From contig NC_058383.1 of NCBI RefSeq assembly GCF_018350175.1, forward strand, positions 29,328,001-29,392,000: a stretch of DNA of 64,000 nt. Direction: 5' to 3'. This document shows positions 50,836-63,127 of this stretch, one piece after another; positions within the stretch are counted from its first letter, which is position 1; the number at the start of each line of letters is the position of its first letter. A model generated the notes under the pieces. That model was not told the DNA's origin. It saw nothing but the letters and a program-made list of their open reading frames with translations, and made no database searches. A program made the position numbers and the translations under genes. This stretch comes from Felis catus. Its lineage: Eukaryota.

Positions 50836-52843
50836 CGAACTTCCACATTTCTTACCCTACATGGTTCCCAGAGAAGATAATATTTTTCTTATTTTGGGGG
50901 CAATCAGAACTTCTCTATTCCACCACCACCACATCAGAATTCCAGTGGGCAGCTCTCGCTAGAGGTGCCGTTGAGTAAAAGCATCTTCCTAACTGCTCTA
51001 AGCTGGGAAGATGTACGTGGCATAAAACATTCTGAAATGTCTTAACGTAAATGCCTGAGGCAGGTTCTCTGAGTAAAAGGACAAGTGACAATGAAACAGG
51101 AAAACTGTGGCATATTAGGTACCTCCGATTTTTCCCGGACTAGAAAGCACATGCCACTCTTTTGAGGTCACTTGATCCTGGCTCAATGGCTTGGTTTTTC
51201 TGCCTACTTTGTGGATTTAGAAATGGGCCGCACACACACACACGCCAATCTGCCCAGGAAAACAAGAGAACTGAGAAGTGGGCTAACCTGTGTGCTCTCC
51301 TAGCACCCCAGCGACTGTATGTGATGGTGCAGACGAAGGGGTGAGCTGCGGCCCGTCAGGCCAATAGAGTAGGGTGGGGTGGGGAGGAGAGGCATTCTGG
51401 GAGAAAAGAGTGATGGAGGGACAGAAAAATGTGACCCGCTTCTGGACACAGGGGAGGGGGCCTCACTTGATGGAGAGGTCCGACTGGGTGGGACGAGATG
51501 AGGAGGCAGCTTTTGGTCTACTGGAGTCAAGACCCCTATAAAGACTGTATTTGAGGAAAGGGACCTCGACGACAAGGGTGTGGCTGTGGTGCAATAATGC
51601 TGTGGATAGGAGAAAGAAATACTGTTGAGGTAGAAGTGACAGATCTGGTGACAGGACTCGGTGACAGGTTATGAGGAGGAGGTCAGGGATCAGCCCTATT
51701 CAGGTGTCCGCCATGAGTCAACAGGTGGACAGAGGTGCCCTCAAGTGCGACAGGACACTGGAGGAGTGGGTCTCATGGGAAGGAGAAGCCGGCTGGTGTC
51801 GCCAGGTCAAGGACTGCACAGGCCTGCCTGGAACCCGTGAGAGAGGCTTGACCATCCCTCACTGGACCAAAGTACACATGGGTTTCTTCTTTATCTTTTA
51901 CGCATGTGTGCTCATTTTTACTCCTATATTATCATTTACTTTCTCACTTTTTGGGCTGTGAGCTCCTTGCATGCTGGCATAATACTATGCATGCTCAAAT
52001 TTCTGCAAAACGGAATTATTTCTAATAAAAAAATTAAATAATTTCATCTCAAAAAGAGCACGCACCCATTTTCTTTTTAAAAACACTGACTCATGTCTGG
52101 GAAGAGGGACCTTTTACCTTTTCCATCACACCTGTATGTTATTTCAATTTCTGAAAAGGACAATATCCTACACTCTTTGAAATTACTTTTTTAATGTTAA
52201 CTTAGTGATATCTCACTGTACAACACTTTCAATTTTGTAGAACACTGACAGAAAACAAAGAAAGGAGACATTCCCAGAGAAATCAAAATAGTTGTAAAAC
52301 TCAAGTGCTTTTACTGTAAAGCTTTGTAGCATTCTTTATTTCAACTGCCTATTTGTCTCTCCCACCATGGCTCAATAAATGTATTTTATTTAGGTCAACA
52401 ACAGAATCAAGATTGCACTATTACATTTTGTTAATTTTTGCTTACTTTGAAGGAGCTTAGACAAAGCCTATCTGAAAAGGGAGAGCGGCCAGATTTTGGC
52501 AAAAATCAAACAATAAATAACAATGCTAGCAATCTAGTGATGGTCCAGGGATCACTCTGTATATCTCCACAGTGCCTTAAGGAACCAATGCATTCCATTT
52601 GGGGGTTATTAGTTTATAGCTAATTATAAATTCTATCTGATGGGAATAGTTCAAATGGTATTCTGCTTAAGAAGGCAGGGAGGCAGATAATACTCTTTAA
52701 ATCCTTGTTGCATAATAATGTGTCTATGAGATAGATGCAGGACACTGGGGGTGAGGTATGAAAATGATCCAAATAAGGATTCTATCCCCCAAAATCATTA
52801 CAGCCTAACAGTGAAGATAATAAAGATACAATAGCAAAAGGTA

Positions 52844-53060
52844 AGGGGTGCCTAGGTGGCTCAGCCAGTGAAGCATCTGACTTCGGCTCAGGTCATGATC
52901 TCACAGTTCGTGGGTTCGAACCCTGCATCGGGCTCTGTGCTGCCAGCTCGGAGCCTGGAGCCTGCGTCTGATTCTGTGTCCCTCTCTCACTCTGCCCCTC
53001 CCCCGCTCATGCTCGCTGCTCGCTCTCTCTTGCCCTCAAGAATAAACATTAAAAAAAAAA
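52844..53060 (+). mobile_element. Can-SINE
   Basis: Forward full-length copy. Confidence 0.88.
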
Positions 53061-53274
53061 ACAAGACCAGCAAGACGTAAAATGCCATAGACAGACGCAG
53101 ATCAAGTTATCGGGAACATACAGAGGGAGGAAATTATTCTTAGCTGATAGGGTCAAGTGACTTTCTTTAGGAAATGACATCGGGATTGGGTTTTCCCAGA
53201 CTCAGCCTGCAGAGTTGAGGTGAGAGGAACATGGTGAGCAGGGGCGTGGAGTGGCGAGGGGAGAGCAACACCAT

Positions 53275-53490
53275 CTTTCACAGAACTTTCAACACCGGGG
53301 GCAATCTTTTATCATCTGCGCAGCTCCATACAGCTGGCTCTAACCACCTGTGCCTAATGTGATGAAGGAGCTGGATTTTAAACAAAGTGTTTCATTTTAA
53401 TTACTTTAAATTTAAAGAGCCACACACAGCTAATGGGCAGCGCAGGTACAGCACGTATGAGATGATTTCCAACATTCAGAAAAGTTCTGG
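53275..53490. mobile_element. MER3/MER33-like hAT-Charlie relic
   Basis: cagaacttt ... aaagttctg inverted ends and internal ttttaattactttaaatttaaagagccacac. Confidence 0.5.
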
Positions 53491-55739
53491 CGTTTAGGGA
53501 AAGGTATTTGTTTCATCTCTCCTCCCCAGCATGGCCTGCTTAGAGGACTTCAGACAAAGGTGCACTATCTTCTTACACAGCCACGACCCAGCACACCGTG
53601 TCGATCCCCCCACGGTTTACTATGCCACCTACCATGAACTTTCACACCCTTCATCTCTACTGGGATTCACTGGCCTGTGACAGAAGTGGGAACGTGGCCC
53701 CCCAGTCTGGAAGCCTTCCCCCCGCCCACACCCACGGGCTGGACAACGCGACAGGAGCCTAGATGCCCCAGTCACCGAGAGGACCAGGGTGGCAGTCTGA
53801 TCCACCTTGGGCAGTGCTGAGCGAGAAATGCACTTTGGTTCAAACGCTGAGTCTTGGGGCTGTCAGAGCAGTCCGTTTTGGTCAAAGGAAATTAATAGAC
53901 AGCCCCGTTTTCTTTCTGTGGTTTTTATTCTCACCATTAGAGAGCTCTGGAAACTGGACATCCATTTTCCTGTTTAATTGTAACTAGCTGGTAGCACCGG
54001 CATTATGGTTCGTTACCTTAATAATGACTCAGATTAAACCACTCAATTGAATTAAAACACCTCAACTTATTTGATTTTTCTTCAAAATCTGTAATTATTA
54101 CTTCTTCAGTTGTCAAGTCAGTGATTTGTAACGTCCTTTGGTTCTAGAACCAGAAATGAAATTTAAATCTCATCCATGTTGCACACAAACAGAAAATGTT
54201 CAAAGCCTTCTGTGGACAAGTCAAAGGCCGAGGCTCCCTGCTGCTGCTTTGACAAAACAAACTAGTCTAAGGAGAGTGTTCTGTTTTGAATTTCACCAGG
54301 AGAATCCACGATGCTTACGGCCAGCCTCACCTAAAGCAACTGATAATGAAACTCCCCACTACGCACACGGACTGGTATTTACCAGGAACTTTATATAAGC
54401 ATTCACAAAGCTGCGAGGTCATAGGCTTCGTTATCCCAGCAGTTCTTTGGTATGTGATGACGACTCCTCGTAGGCTGATGGTACTTGGAACATCTTCCTC
54501 TTAACTTTTCAGTAGGTATTACTACCTTTTCTTGTTCAGGAGCTGCAGAGACTCCCTGAAGCCCGACACTATTTGCTAATACGTCTGCTTTTCCCCATAA
54601 CAATAATTATGGCTAACCAGCACTGTCAATGGTAACAGGAATTCTGCGATATCCTAATGTAAGTAAGAAAGAGGGCAACACTGGACTCCCAAGCCCTTAC
54701 AGTCGACACACGTCAGAAACACCACAGAGACCGAGCAGTGTCCATGCCGTTAGAACTAAATGGACCAAAATCCATCGTTCCTCATTACCTGGAAACTCGC
54801 GGTCTCGAAAGAAAAAAAAAAAAAAAACCACCAGCAGCCGTTCTTTCAAATAAACCAACTTTGCCAAAAAGGAGTGGAAAATGAAACGCTACTGATGTGA
54901 AATATCCTAAGTATTTTTAGTGCCCTTCACACGTGAGGCAGAAACCTTCAGACACTAATAGTCACTTGTCTATGTGTCTCTTTTGACAGAACGGCGTAGG
55001 ATCTAATGAGACTCCAGGGCATTTTCGTGTTTCCACAACTGCTGCTGTGTCACTCAACTTTCACGGATCAATACAACTAACATATGGTCCGAGGCCGAAA
55101 AGCAGAGGAAACTCAGCAAAGGGCTGTCCCAACGTCGTCCTCTGGAGTCCGATGAGCTGACCACCGGTACTCATCGGCGGGCAGGGACCGTGACACCGTG
55201 AATTCCAGGAGTTCGATCTTGCACAGGAACGTTATTTTCATACTACTCCAAACAAAAAGGGCTCTCTGCAAAATTTCTCCTATTTTTTCCTGTTCTAATC
55301 AAACCCAGGTCTAATCTCTCTTTCACTGTCGCTAACTTGGAGGTAACAGATTATCCTTGATATCTACGGGTTTGCTTGTCCCTCCCCCTCCCCCGCCACC
55401 ACCCAGCCCTATCTCTGGCAGAAAATGAGTAGAAATGCAATCTCTTGAGGTATGAAGAAAACCCTGTTCAATGCAGCTGTGATGAGAGAGACTAATTTGA
55501 TCCAAACACATCTGTGGAGTGTTTTAAAATATGAAAGTTCTCTCCCTTTACCTCTTTATACCTGTGAGCTTATATGACAGTAATATTTCTCTATGTGATA
55601 AATATATATATATATATATGGAATTTTAAAAACTAAAATTTAAATAGAAGGAAAAAGTAACAAAGGGCTGCAAAAAAGACAAGAGGGATGACAGAATGGC
55701 ATCAAATTGGACATCTCATAAAAAACAGTATCAGGTACG

Positions 55740-55880
55740 TACTGCTTTTCCTCCTTGTACAAATGAGGACAGAAATTAAGGCTCAGAGCAGTGAACTTGT
55801 CCAGGGTCACAAAGCTAGGAAATGGTGTGCCTGGGACCTGATCCCAAGTATATCTCACTTGAGAGTCCATGTTCTTGCTC
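55740..55880 (+). mobile_element. MIR fragment
   Basis: MIR core-like tacaaatgaggacagaaattaaggctcagagcagtgaacttgtccagggtcacaaagctag. Confidence 0.65.
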
Positions 55881-56566
55881 ATGTGACATTACGCTGTCAC
55901 ACAAGTTTAAATGGAAGGCACGGTCACAATCGTTAGGGAAACAACCTGTACCTTATGTAATCATGTCAACTCTGCTTTGCTGTGCTTGTTGGTAATTCTA
56001 CCCGGTTTTCATATTTTTAATCCTTGTTTCCAGGCTCCTTTATCAAGCTCTGCGGTTGTGACATCTCCATTTTCCTCCACTTCCTCAGTTTTCAAGTAGC
56101 ACAAAAATTGTTTTTAAATTTCAGATATTAATAGGAGCCTAACACACGAACTTGACTTAAATGATACACACACAGCTAATTCTTAACTTTTTTTTAAGTT
56201 ACAATTTAAAAACCTTAAGTTCCCTCAGGGAATCTCTAGAATGTGTCCTAAAAATCCCACTGGTATCGATTTTAGAAGAATCCACAGTAAGGCTTGCTGC
56301 GCACAAGCAGAGGCGACCCCATTGTTTGATTCCTGGTAACAGCTATTTATACATGATTGTGTTTGTTTTGATCGAGAGGTTTTTTTCTACCCGTACTTAA
56401 AAGTAGTTCAACTTTAAAAAGTCCCACTGTTGTTTCTTCTTACTATCTTTCAATTCTGTAACAATCCCTACCATCACATTCTCATATTCTAAGTGAGCAA
56501 AAAAGGGGGCAATATGCTTTTGGAAGAAGCTCAGACTCCTGCTCAGGCAGGTAAGTCTACATTTAC

Positions 56567-56629
56567 TCTCTGGGTCTAGGAGGTGAGCAAGAGCGAGTGG
56601 AGAGGTGAGGGGGTGGCAGATGGCCGGAG
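56567..56629 (-). CDS. MRTFB: Candidate 63-nt in-frame cassette exon (APAICHPLTSPLALAHLLDPE) between exons A and B
   Basis: Acceptor ctcttttcgttttatctgctttcag|, donor AGA|gtaaat, exactly 63 nt, open in the required phase 1 to 1. Confidence 0.5.
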
Positions 56630-57558
56630 CTGAAAGCAGATAAAACGAAAAGAGGATATTGTGGGGTTTTTTTTCTCCCAAAGAACACTAGAAAATCAAA
56701 CTTCGAAGTCAACAAGCATGGCGAGGGGTGGCCTTCAGGATCCCAAATTCAGGAAAAACTTCATGTCAGTAGGTCCTCTATTTCCTGAACCATGGCCCTT
56801 GCTCTCCAGCTGCTGCAGCGGAGCACAGATGGCACCAGTCTTGCCACACTTCAGTATATGCCGGGACGGGGGACAGCAGTGCTCACACCTTTGGCCATCT
56901 TCTCACGTCAGTCACTGAGGTGCTGTGCAGTGGCCATCAACAGTGATCGCCGGCATTCACAAGCTTATCTTATGCCTTGTTAAAAACCCCCACGAAACTA
57001 AGCAATGCATTTTTAAAAAACAAAACAACACAGAATGATGCACTGAGCATTACAACCAAACAAACCAATCATTTAAAGACATGCTTAAGAAAGCAGTAGC
57101 TACCTTCCTGGCTTTAAACAATAAAAACCATGAACGTGTCAACTGGAAAAAATTAATTTTCCTGGAATTATGTGTTTAAGCCTAAAGCAAATAGTGTGCT
57201 AAAGACTATCGAAAGGGAAATGGCCTCTCCTAAAGGGGTGGGGGCGGGGGGCATGAGAAAATGCACGAAATGGACCTGGCAGGATTTCACTGAAATCAGG
57301 GCTGGCCTGCTAAAGTCCCCTTTCGGCGTGAAACCCTGCAACACGCCTAGAGGTCTGTGAGCTAGGGAATGGTTGCAGAGAGCCACCGAGGACAGCACTG
57401 CGCTTTCATTTCCAGGAACTCGGAGCGTGTGAGGTACAGGAGTGAGCACAGAGAGAAGACACACCGCACGGTAGGCAGACGGGCACACGGACGTGCACAG
57501 CCTGGCCTACGGGCAACAGAGACCCGGCACTTGTGCCCCCGGCCACAGACACACTGAC

Positions 57559-57679
57559 CTTCCTTGAGACTTTTCTGGTTGCTCCCCTCAAGGCATTCCT
57601 TCTCTTTGACTGGTTCGAAATCCCCAGCAGTTAAAATCTCCGGGAAGCCCTGTTGCTGCTTCTTGGAGCTATCGATCAT
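57559..57679 (-). CDS. MRTFB: MRTFB alternative first coding exon A (MIDSSKKQQQGFPEILTAGDFEPVKEKECLEGSNQKSLKE)
   Basis: ATG in ACCATGA context at 57679; 121 nt (40 codons + 1); donor G|gtcagt; phase 1 fits exon B. Confidence 0.93.
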
Positions 57680-58720
57680 GGTGAGAGGCTCCTGGAGACG
57701 GGCAGCATCAAGCGGGAGAAAAGCGCAAGGTGCAGAGCACGCTCCGGTCCGCTCCCCGGGTCCCGGGTCCCTCCTCGCAACGCCCCAGGCACCGGCTGAT
57801 CAGGTCTCTAAGCAGCCGGAGGCAGCCATTCCCCTCTAGCTCCCAGCCCGACCCGCGCACACACACACCCGCGCTGCGCGGCAGGAAGCCCTCAACTCTC
57901 TCCACCTCCCACCAGAGACACCCGCAGGCACGATGCTGAAATCCCACCCCTTTTCCCAGCCAGCCCCCTCTCCCCTGCCATTCCGGCTGCCCCCTCCCCC
58001 CCCCGCCTCCCCCGCGCGCCGGGTCCTTCCATCTGCAGTTCGATGGTCCGAATCATCTGACAAACACTGAGTCAAGCGGTTAAAAATAAATCCTGTAGTT
58101 GTTAGAAGAGAAGACTTTGCTGATACCTAAGAAGACAAAGTGTTGCCTGCGGTCTCTCCCCGGCTCTCTCAACACACCCGCAGGCTGGGGGAACACTTTC
58201 TACCGGCCAGACAGGCACATTCATTACTCATTAAGTTCTCCAGCTAGACAAACGGCGGTCTAGGGCATCAGAAGGAAGCGGGTCTTATCTCAGCGCAGGC
58301 ACCACACTCCAGAAACGCGCTACCAGCATAACCGGCTACCAGCGCACGCATCCCGCTCCCAGGGGTCTTTGGCCGGGGGCTTTGCCCCGAGTCCCGCTCT
58401 TCCGGGCAGAGCGGGGCTCTTGGTATCGGGGAAAGGCGCTGGAACTGCAGCTCTCGGCCGTCACCAACTCAGACCCGGGCAGCACTTTCCCTTTGTGCCG
58501 CTAGTCGGCCGAGAGAGTTAACATCGCCATGATTGTGCGAAGGGAAGGTCTCCTCCCATGGATGAGAAGCAGACGCAGCGGGAGAGCTTCTGTCTCCTAC
58601 GGAGCGGAGCGGAGTGGAGCAGATTCGGCCGGCCAGCGGCCCGAGTTTAATCTCACGTGAGTCATTTAATCTCACGGGCACCCCTCCCGTGAGTCACAGA
58701 CTGCTGGCTGTGGGTGCCGC
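57680..58720 (-). promoter_or_regulatory. GC/CpG-rich 5'UTR and alternative promoter region of exon A
   Basis: Local rise in GC and CpG, GC-box-like runs near 57985-58020, TGAGTCA at 58068, 58658 and 58690, TCACGTGA at 58653; lies directly upstream of the exon A ATG. Confidence 0.65.
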
Positions 58721-59989
58721 TTGGAGGGAACCACTAGGTATGGCACTTCCAGGCAAACGTGGAGAGGAGCCTGTTTTCATACATATCAAATACATATCTA
58801 CCCATAGCTACAGCCAAACCAGTCTGATTTTTTTTTTTTTTTACAGGTTCAAAGTATGCTCCTTTGCAAAGGGTTCCCATAAAACCCTTTTTATGTAAGA
58901 GCAGTGGATGGGATCCTCTTCCATGAGGGCTATATTTTGCTCACTTTTTTTTATAACCAACATCCAGCAAACTGCTAAACTAACTATTAGTTTTCAATAA
59001 AACTTGTTGCATGATTGAGGGAACGAATGAAAGCTGAAGAAGCTCCAACAGGAAAACTTGTTTTGATAATACTCAAAATTCTAAATCAGTCCTAGATCAA
59101 TGACTATTAGTCACTGATTTGAGATGAAATGTTCTCTAAAAGAAGCACATTCTCTCTTTAGAATATACACATACATTTTGAATGTGCATCTGACATGATC
59201 CTTCTGTGGGATAAAGAAAGGATTACGTTTTTGAAGCCAGAAAAATCGCTATCGTCTTCACCACTGAAACACAAATGGGGACTGGATGAGGATTCTGTCC
59301 TTTGTCCCTGGGTCCAGGGCTGGCATGCACTAAACCCCGTGGTGTTCTAGAAAGATAGTGATCTACTCTCCTCCAGCGTCTCTCGAGAATGGGATTACAC
59401 AACACATGACATGCTTCTTGTCAAGTCAAATTCCTTCTGAAGCACCGTAAGCCCGGTGCTGGGAGTCTAAACCCCCACAGCACAGACAACGCTGAGCTTA
59501 TCACACACAGTTCGCAAAAATGTGCTCAAAGGCTCCACTACTATTTCCGATTCTGAGGCCTCTGTTCATCTACGTTGACTGTGTCTGCATCTTTAAAGGA
59601 GCAAAAAAAGTAACCATAGTTTTTTGAGGACATTCTTTAGGTCAGTCGCCTTTTTAGCAGTTTGGTGAAGTTTATCTCCTCTAACCCCCAAAAGCCCTTT
59701 CTGACCACTATGATTTTTGGTTCATTGCAGACATTTTTACAGACGCAGCCCCAAGTTACAAAGCTTCTAAGGGGCAGGTCGGAAATTTAACCAATCTTAG
59801 CTCTCCAAAGCCTGAGTCTTTGATCTTGAGACAGGTTTTAACAGCAGAGGCCATAACTTTTATGGCGTCCTAGCAATTCTACTCCTGGTGAGGGAGAAGG
59901 AAGTCGACATAACCATATCAGAATGTTTTCGTGAAAGCATTTCAACTTTCCTGAAATTACTATTTCCTGAAATAATAAGAGCAGGAGCC

Positions 59990-60210
59990 AAGTCTGTTGA
60001 GTGCTTACGGTGTGCCCCAGTCCAAGTGCTTTCCATACGTCATCTCATCTGTCCTGCTGCCAGCCTGGGAGTTCAACACTATCGCAATTTACAGATGAGG
60101 AAACTGGGGCCTAGAAAAATTGACTATTTTGTCGGAGCTCGCATGTCTTCTACGTGGTGACCGGGATCTGTGACAGGTTGCTTGGCTGCAGAGACTGTAT
60201 TCTTAATTAC
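59990..60210 (+). mobile_element. MIR fragment
   Basis: ttgagtgcttacggtgtgcc ... tttacagatgaggaaactggggcctaga core. Confidence 0.7.
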
Positions 60211-60569
60211 TTTTCTAAAAAGAACAACAACAATAGATCCTAATATTCTCTTTCTCATAAAGCTGCTTTTGAAATCCCGCTCAACTGTGTTCAGGCCGTA
60301 AGTTTAGAAATCTGAGTAGATACGGAGCTCGATCAGCCACGTCAAAATTCTTTACTGGCTGTGTGTGCCTGCCTATGTGTGCTGAGTGGGTTAAAAACTG
60401 AAACAGTTCTCTTTTAAGGATCTTCTCTAAACTTATTATTTTTGTATCTGATAAAGATAAAAAAATCTCAATAAGGGAACACATTGTCCTGCTGTAGGTT
60501 TCTATCTCAAGTCTTGCTTCTGTAGTCTTGAGAGAAAATAATAATTTCCTTATTGGTAAATATGCCTGA

Positions 60570-61850
60570 AAGAACGTTTATTTTGTTATTTTTAAAAATC
60601 TGAAATAATTTCAAATTCACAGAACATTTTTTTCCTGAACCATCTGTGACAAGGCTCTGACGCGATGCCTCTTTACCCTAAGCACTATGGTGTGTAATTC
60701 CTACAACAAGGACATTTTCCTAGAAAGCCCCAATATTACCATCAATATCAGAAAATTAACACTGGTTTATCACCATCTAATCCACAGACTCAGTTCCACT
60801 AACTGTCCCAACAAAAGGATCCAAACAAGGATCATGCGTGGCCCTGAGTTATTTCAAGTGTCTTTAGCATTCTTCCATTGTGAATAGTTCCTCAGTCTCT
60901 CTTAACTCTTCTTTCCTTAAATTTTGAAGATTACAGACCAGTTATTTTGTAGAATCACCCTCGGTTTGGGTTATCTGGTGTGTCTTCATCATCAGACTCA
61001 CGATCAGGCTATGGCAGGAGTATCTTGGGCAGGAACATCACAGAAGCAGTGATGCGTTCTCTGCGTCCTGTCAAGTGGTACGCAAATTCAATTTGTCTCA
61101 TAAATGGTAAGAGTTATTTTGATGAACTGATTAAGACGGTACCGGGCATGTTTCTTCATGGTAAAGTTAGTTTTTCTCTTTGTAACAAATTATTGTGTGG
61201 GGCTGAATTATTTATTACTATGATGGTCGCCAAATGGTGATTTTGAAAAGTCTATCATTCCTTCTACGTTTATTAGCAGCACATCCTACTGTAAGAATAA
61301 GAATTCCCTGTATCTCGTTTATGTTACCTGTTTCTATCACCATGGACTCCTGGGCTCCTATTTTATTTAGTGGGGGAGAGCATGTTCCTTTCATTTATTC
61401 TGAGGCTCAGATTCTTGCAGATTCGGCCAGCGGGGGCCGCTTCAGGCTGGCTTCAGCTCCTGGCTGTCACGGCCCATCCTCTGCGTACTTTATTACTTCC
61501 CGGTACAAGGCATCCCGGACTCTTTTACTTGTCCCACCCCGCTGAGAAAGCAAGGGCTGTGTACCAGGTGCGCTCGTTGCTTTTGGGGTGACAGTGTTCC
61601 CAGGCCTCCTTTGGAGGAAGTTAGGGAATATGTCTGTGAGATTATGTGTGTGAATGTACACACACTTACTTCTCTCTATATTTAAGCATGTATGTCTGTA
61701 TTTATTTATATATGTTGAAAACCACGAGTTTGCCCTGATGCCTCCAATTCTGATCCAATGCCAAAGGTTCTTTCTCAGTTTCTCTCTTTTATACATTTGT
61801 AACCCCCTTCTCTGACAGCGAGGCTCTGGTCTCCCACGGTCTGTGCACTC
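60570..61850 (-). mobile_element. Ancient L1 3'UTR-like relic
   Basis: aaataatttcaaattcacagaa start and ccatggactcctgggctcctattttatttagtggg motifs typical of old L1MC-type elements. Confidence 0.55.
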
Positions 61851-62943
61851 CGTTCGCAGATATCCTGGTCACCTCCTTACTATCAATGATGACCAGACCC
61901 GACGCAGGTGTCTCCTCACCCCATGTGGGCTCGAACCCTACCCTGGACTGCTGCCCCCACGTAGCTCAGCCCCACAAAATGTCTTTTGGATTCAATCAGG
62001 GACAAAGGGACGAAGGATGTTTGCATTCTCTCTGAGTAAAAGAAGCCCACAGTTATCAAGTGAACTGCTTTCAGTAGGTCTGTCCTTGTTCGTTACTACA
62101 TGTACTGCATCATCTTCAGTGTCATTTGGCTCTACTGTCGTGGGGGGCATTTAACTTCAAATGACAGGTGATTAGAGTCACTTTGGTTGTGATAAATCTG
62201 CTTCCAGAGTCTTTGTGTGTACACACACGTAAAAGAGAGCTGTTTCAGTACGAAAGACGGTACCGTAAATCAAGTCATTTTCCCACTACTCCAAGCATAG
62301 ATATTTAATAAGCGTGAGAAAAACTGTGTGGCTTGGAGACCAGGAATAATCCAGGAAAGGCTTCAGGGACTCAAAACAGAAACAAATGCGGCTCAAGGGA
62401 CCTCCACAAAAAATTGGCAGAGTCAACGTATGCTCATAAAGCTGCTGATAAAAAAGAGATCGCTGTGGAAGACACCGCGCTTCGATAAAGACAGACTGGA
62501 CAGTACCACCGATCGGGCAACTCTTCCGCAACCTAAGAGGCCGAGGGTGATGAACGCTGTAATTAGAAGCAGAACGGAAACAGGTTGCTAAATACTGTGT
62601 TGTGCTTCTCCTGTAGCCCTTCTGACAACGGACTAAGAGAAGATGCCTTTCCTTTTCACCTCCAGCATCCTGGGACTTTGAAACAGGGCCTCAAGGAGCC
62701 TGTCACTGGAGCAGGATGAAGGTGCATCCTGGGGCTGGCCTCCACAAGGCCTGAGCCACGGTGTGGCACAAGTCAGGCACAGGTGGACAACTAGACTGGA
62801 TGCATGTAGAGGGAAAAATGGCAGTCTAGGTTACGCCTAATTTTTTCCCCAAGGGTACCGTATTTTTAGTAAAATACAGATATGATCCTTAATTTTCCTT
62901 CTTTTAAAATTATAAGACCAATATAAAAATATTGTATCTTTTA

Positions 62944-63127
62944 AGGGTGCCTGGGTGGCTCAGCTGGATGAGCACCAGACTCTTGATTCCGGCTCCAGTA
63001 ATGATCCCAGGGTCATGGGATCGAGCCCACATCAGGCTCCAGGCTGAGTGTGAAGCCTGCTTAGGATTCTCTCTCTCTGTCTCTCTGTCCCTCTCCCCAG
63101 CTCATACTCTAAAAAAAAAGAAAAAAA
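62944..63127 (+). mobile_element. Can-SINE (older subfamily)
   Basis: gggtgcctgggtggctcag head, CT tract, A tail. Confidence 0.85.

Larger units (their letters stand above)
1..57679 (-). other. MRTFB: MRTFB (MKL2) gene body, 3' end continues beyond position 1
   Basis: Thirteen minus-strand exons splice in consistent phase to an 888-codon partial ORF matching MRTF-B as I recall it (MIDSSKKQQQGFPEILTAGDFEP..., three RPEL motifs, KKLKYHQYIPPDQK, SAP domain, leucine zipper). Confidence 0.98.

Noticed and set aside
52769..52778. Perfect CArG boxes (CCAAATAAGG here, CCTTTATAGG at 33752, CCAAATATGG at 539) suggesting SRF autoregulation
   Set aside because: A few CC(A/T)6GG matches are expected by chance in 64 kb of this composition. 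One is inside an L1 and none clusters at the promoter. SRF ChIP data would be needed.
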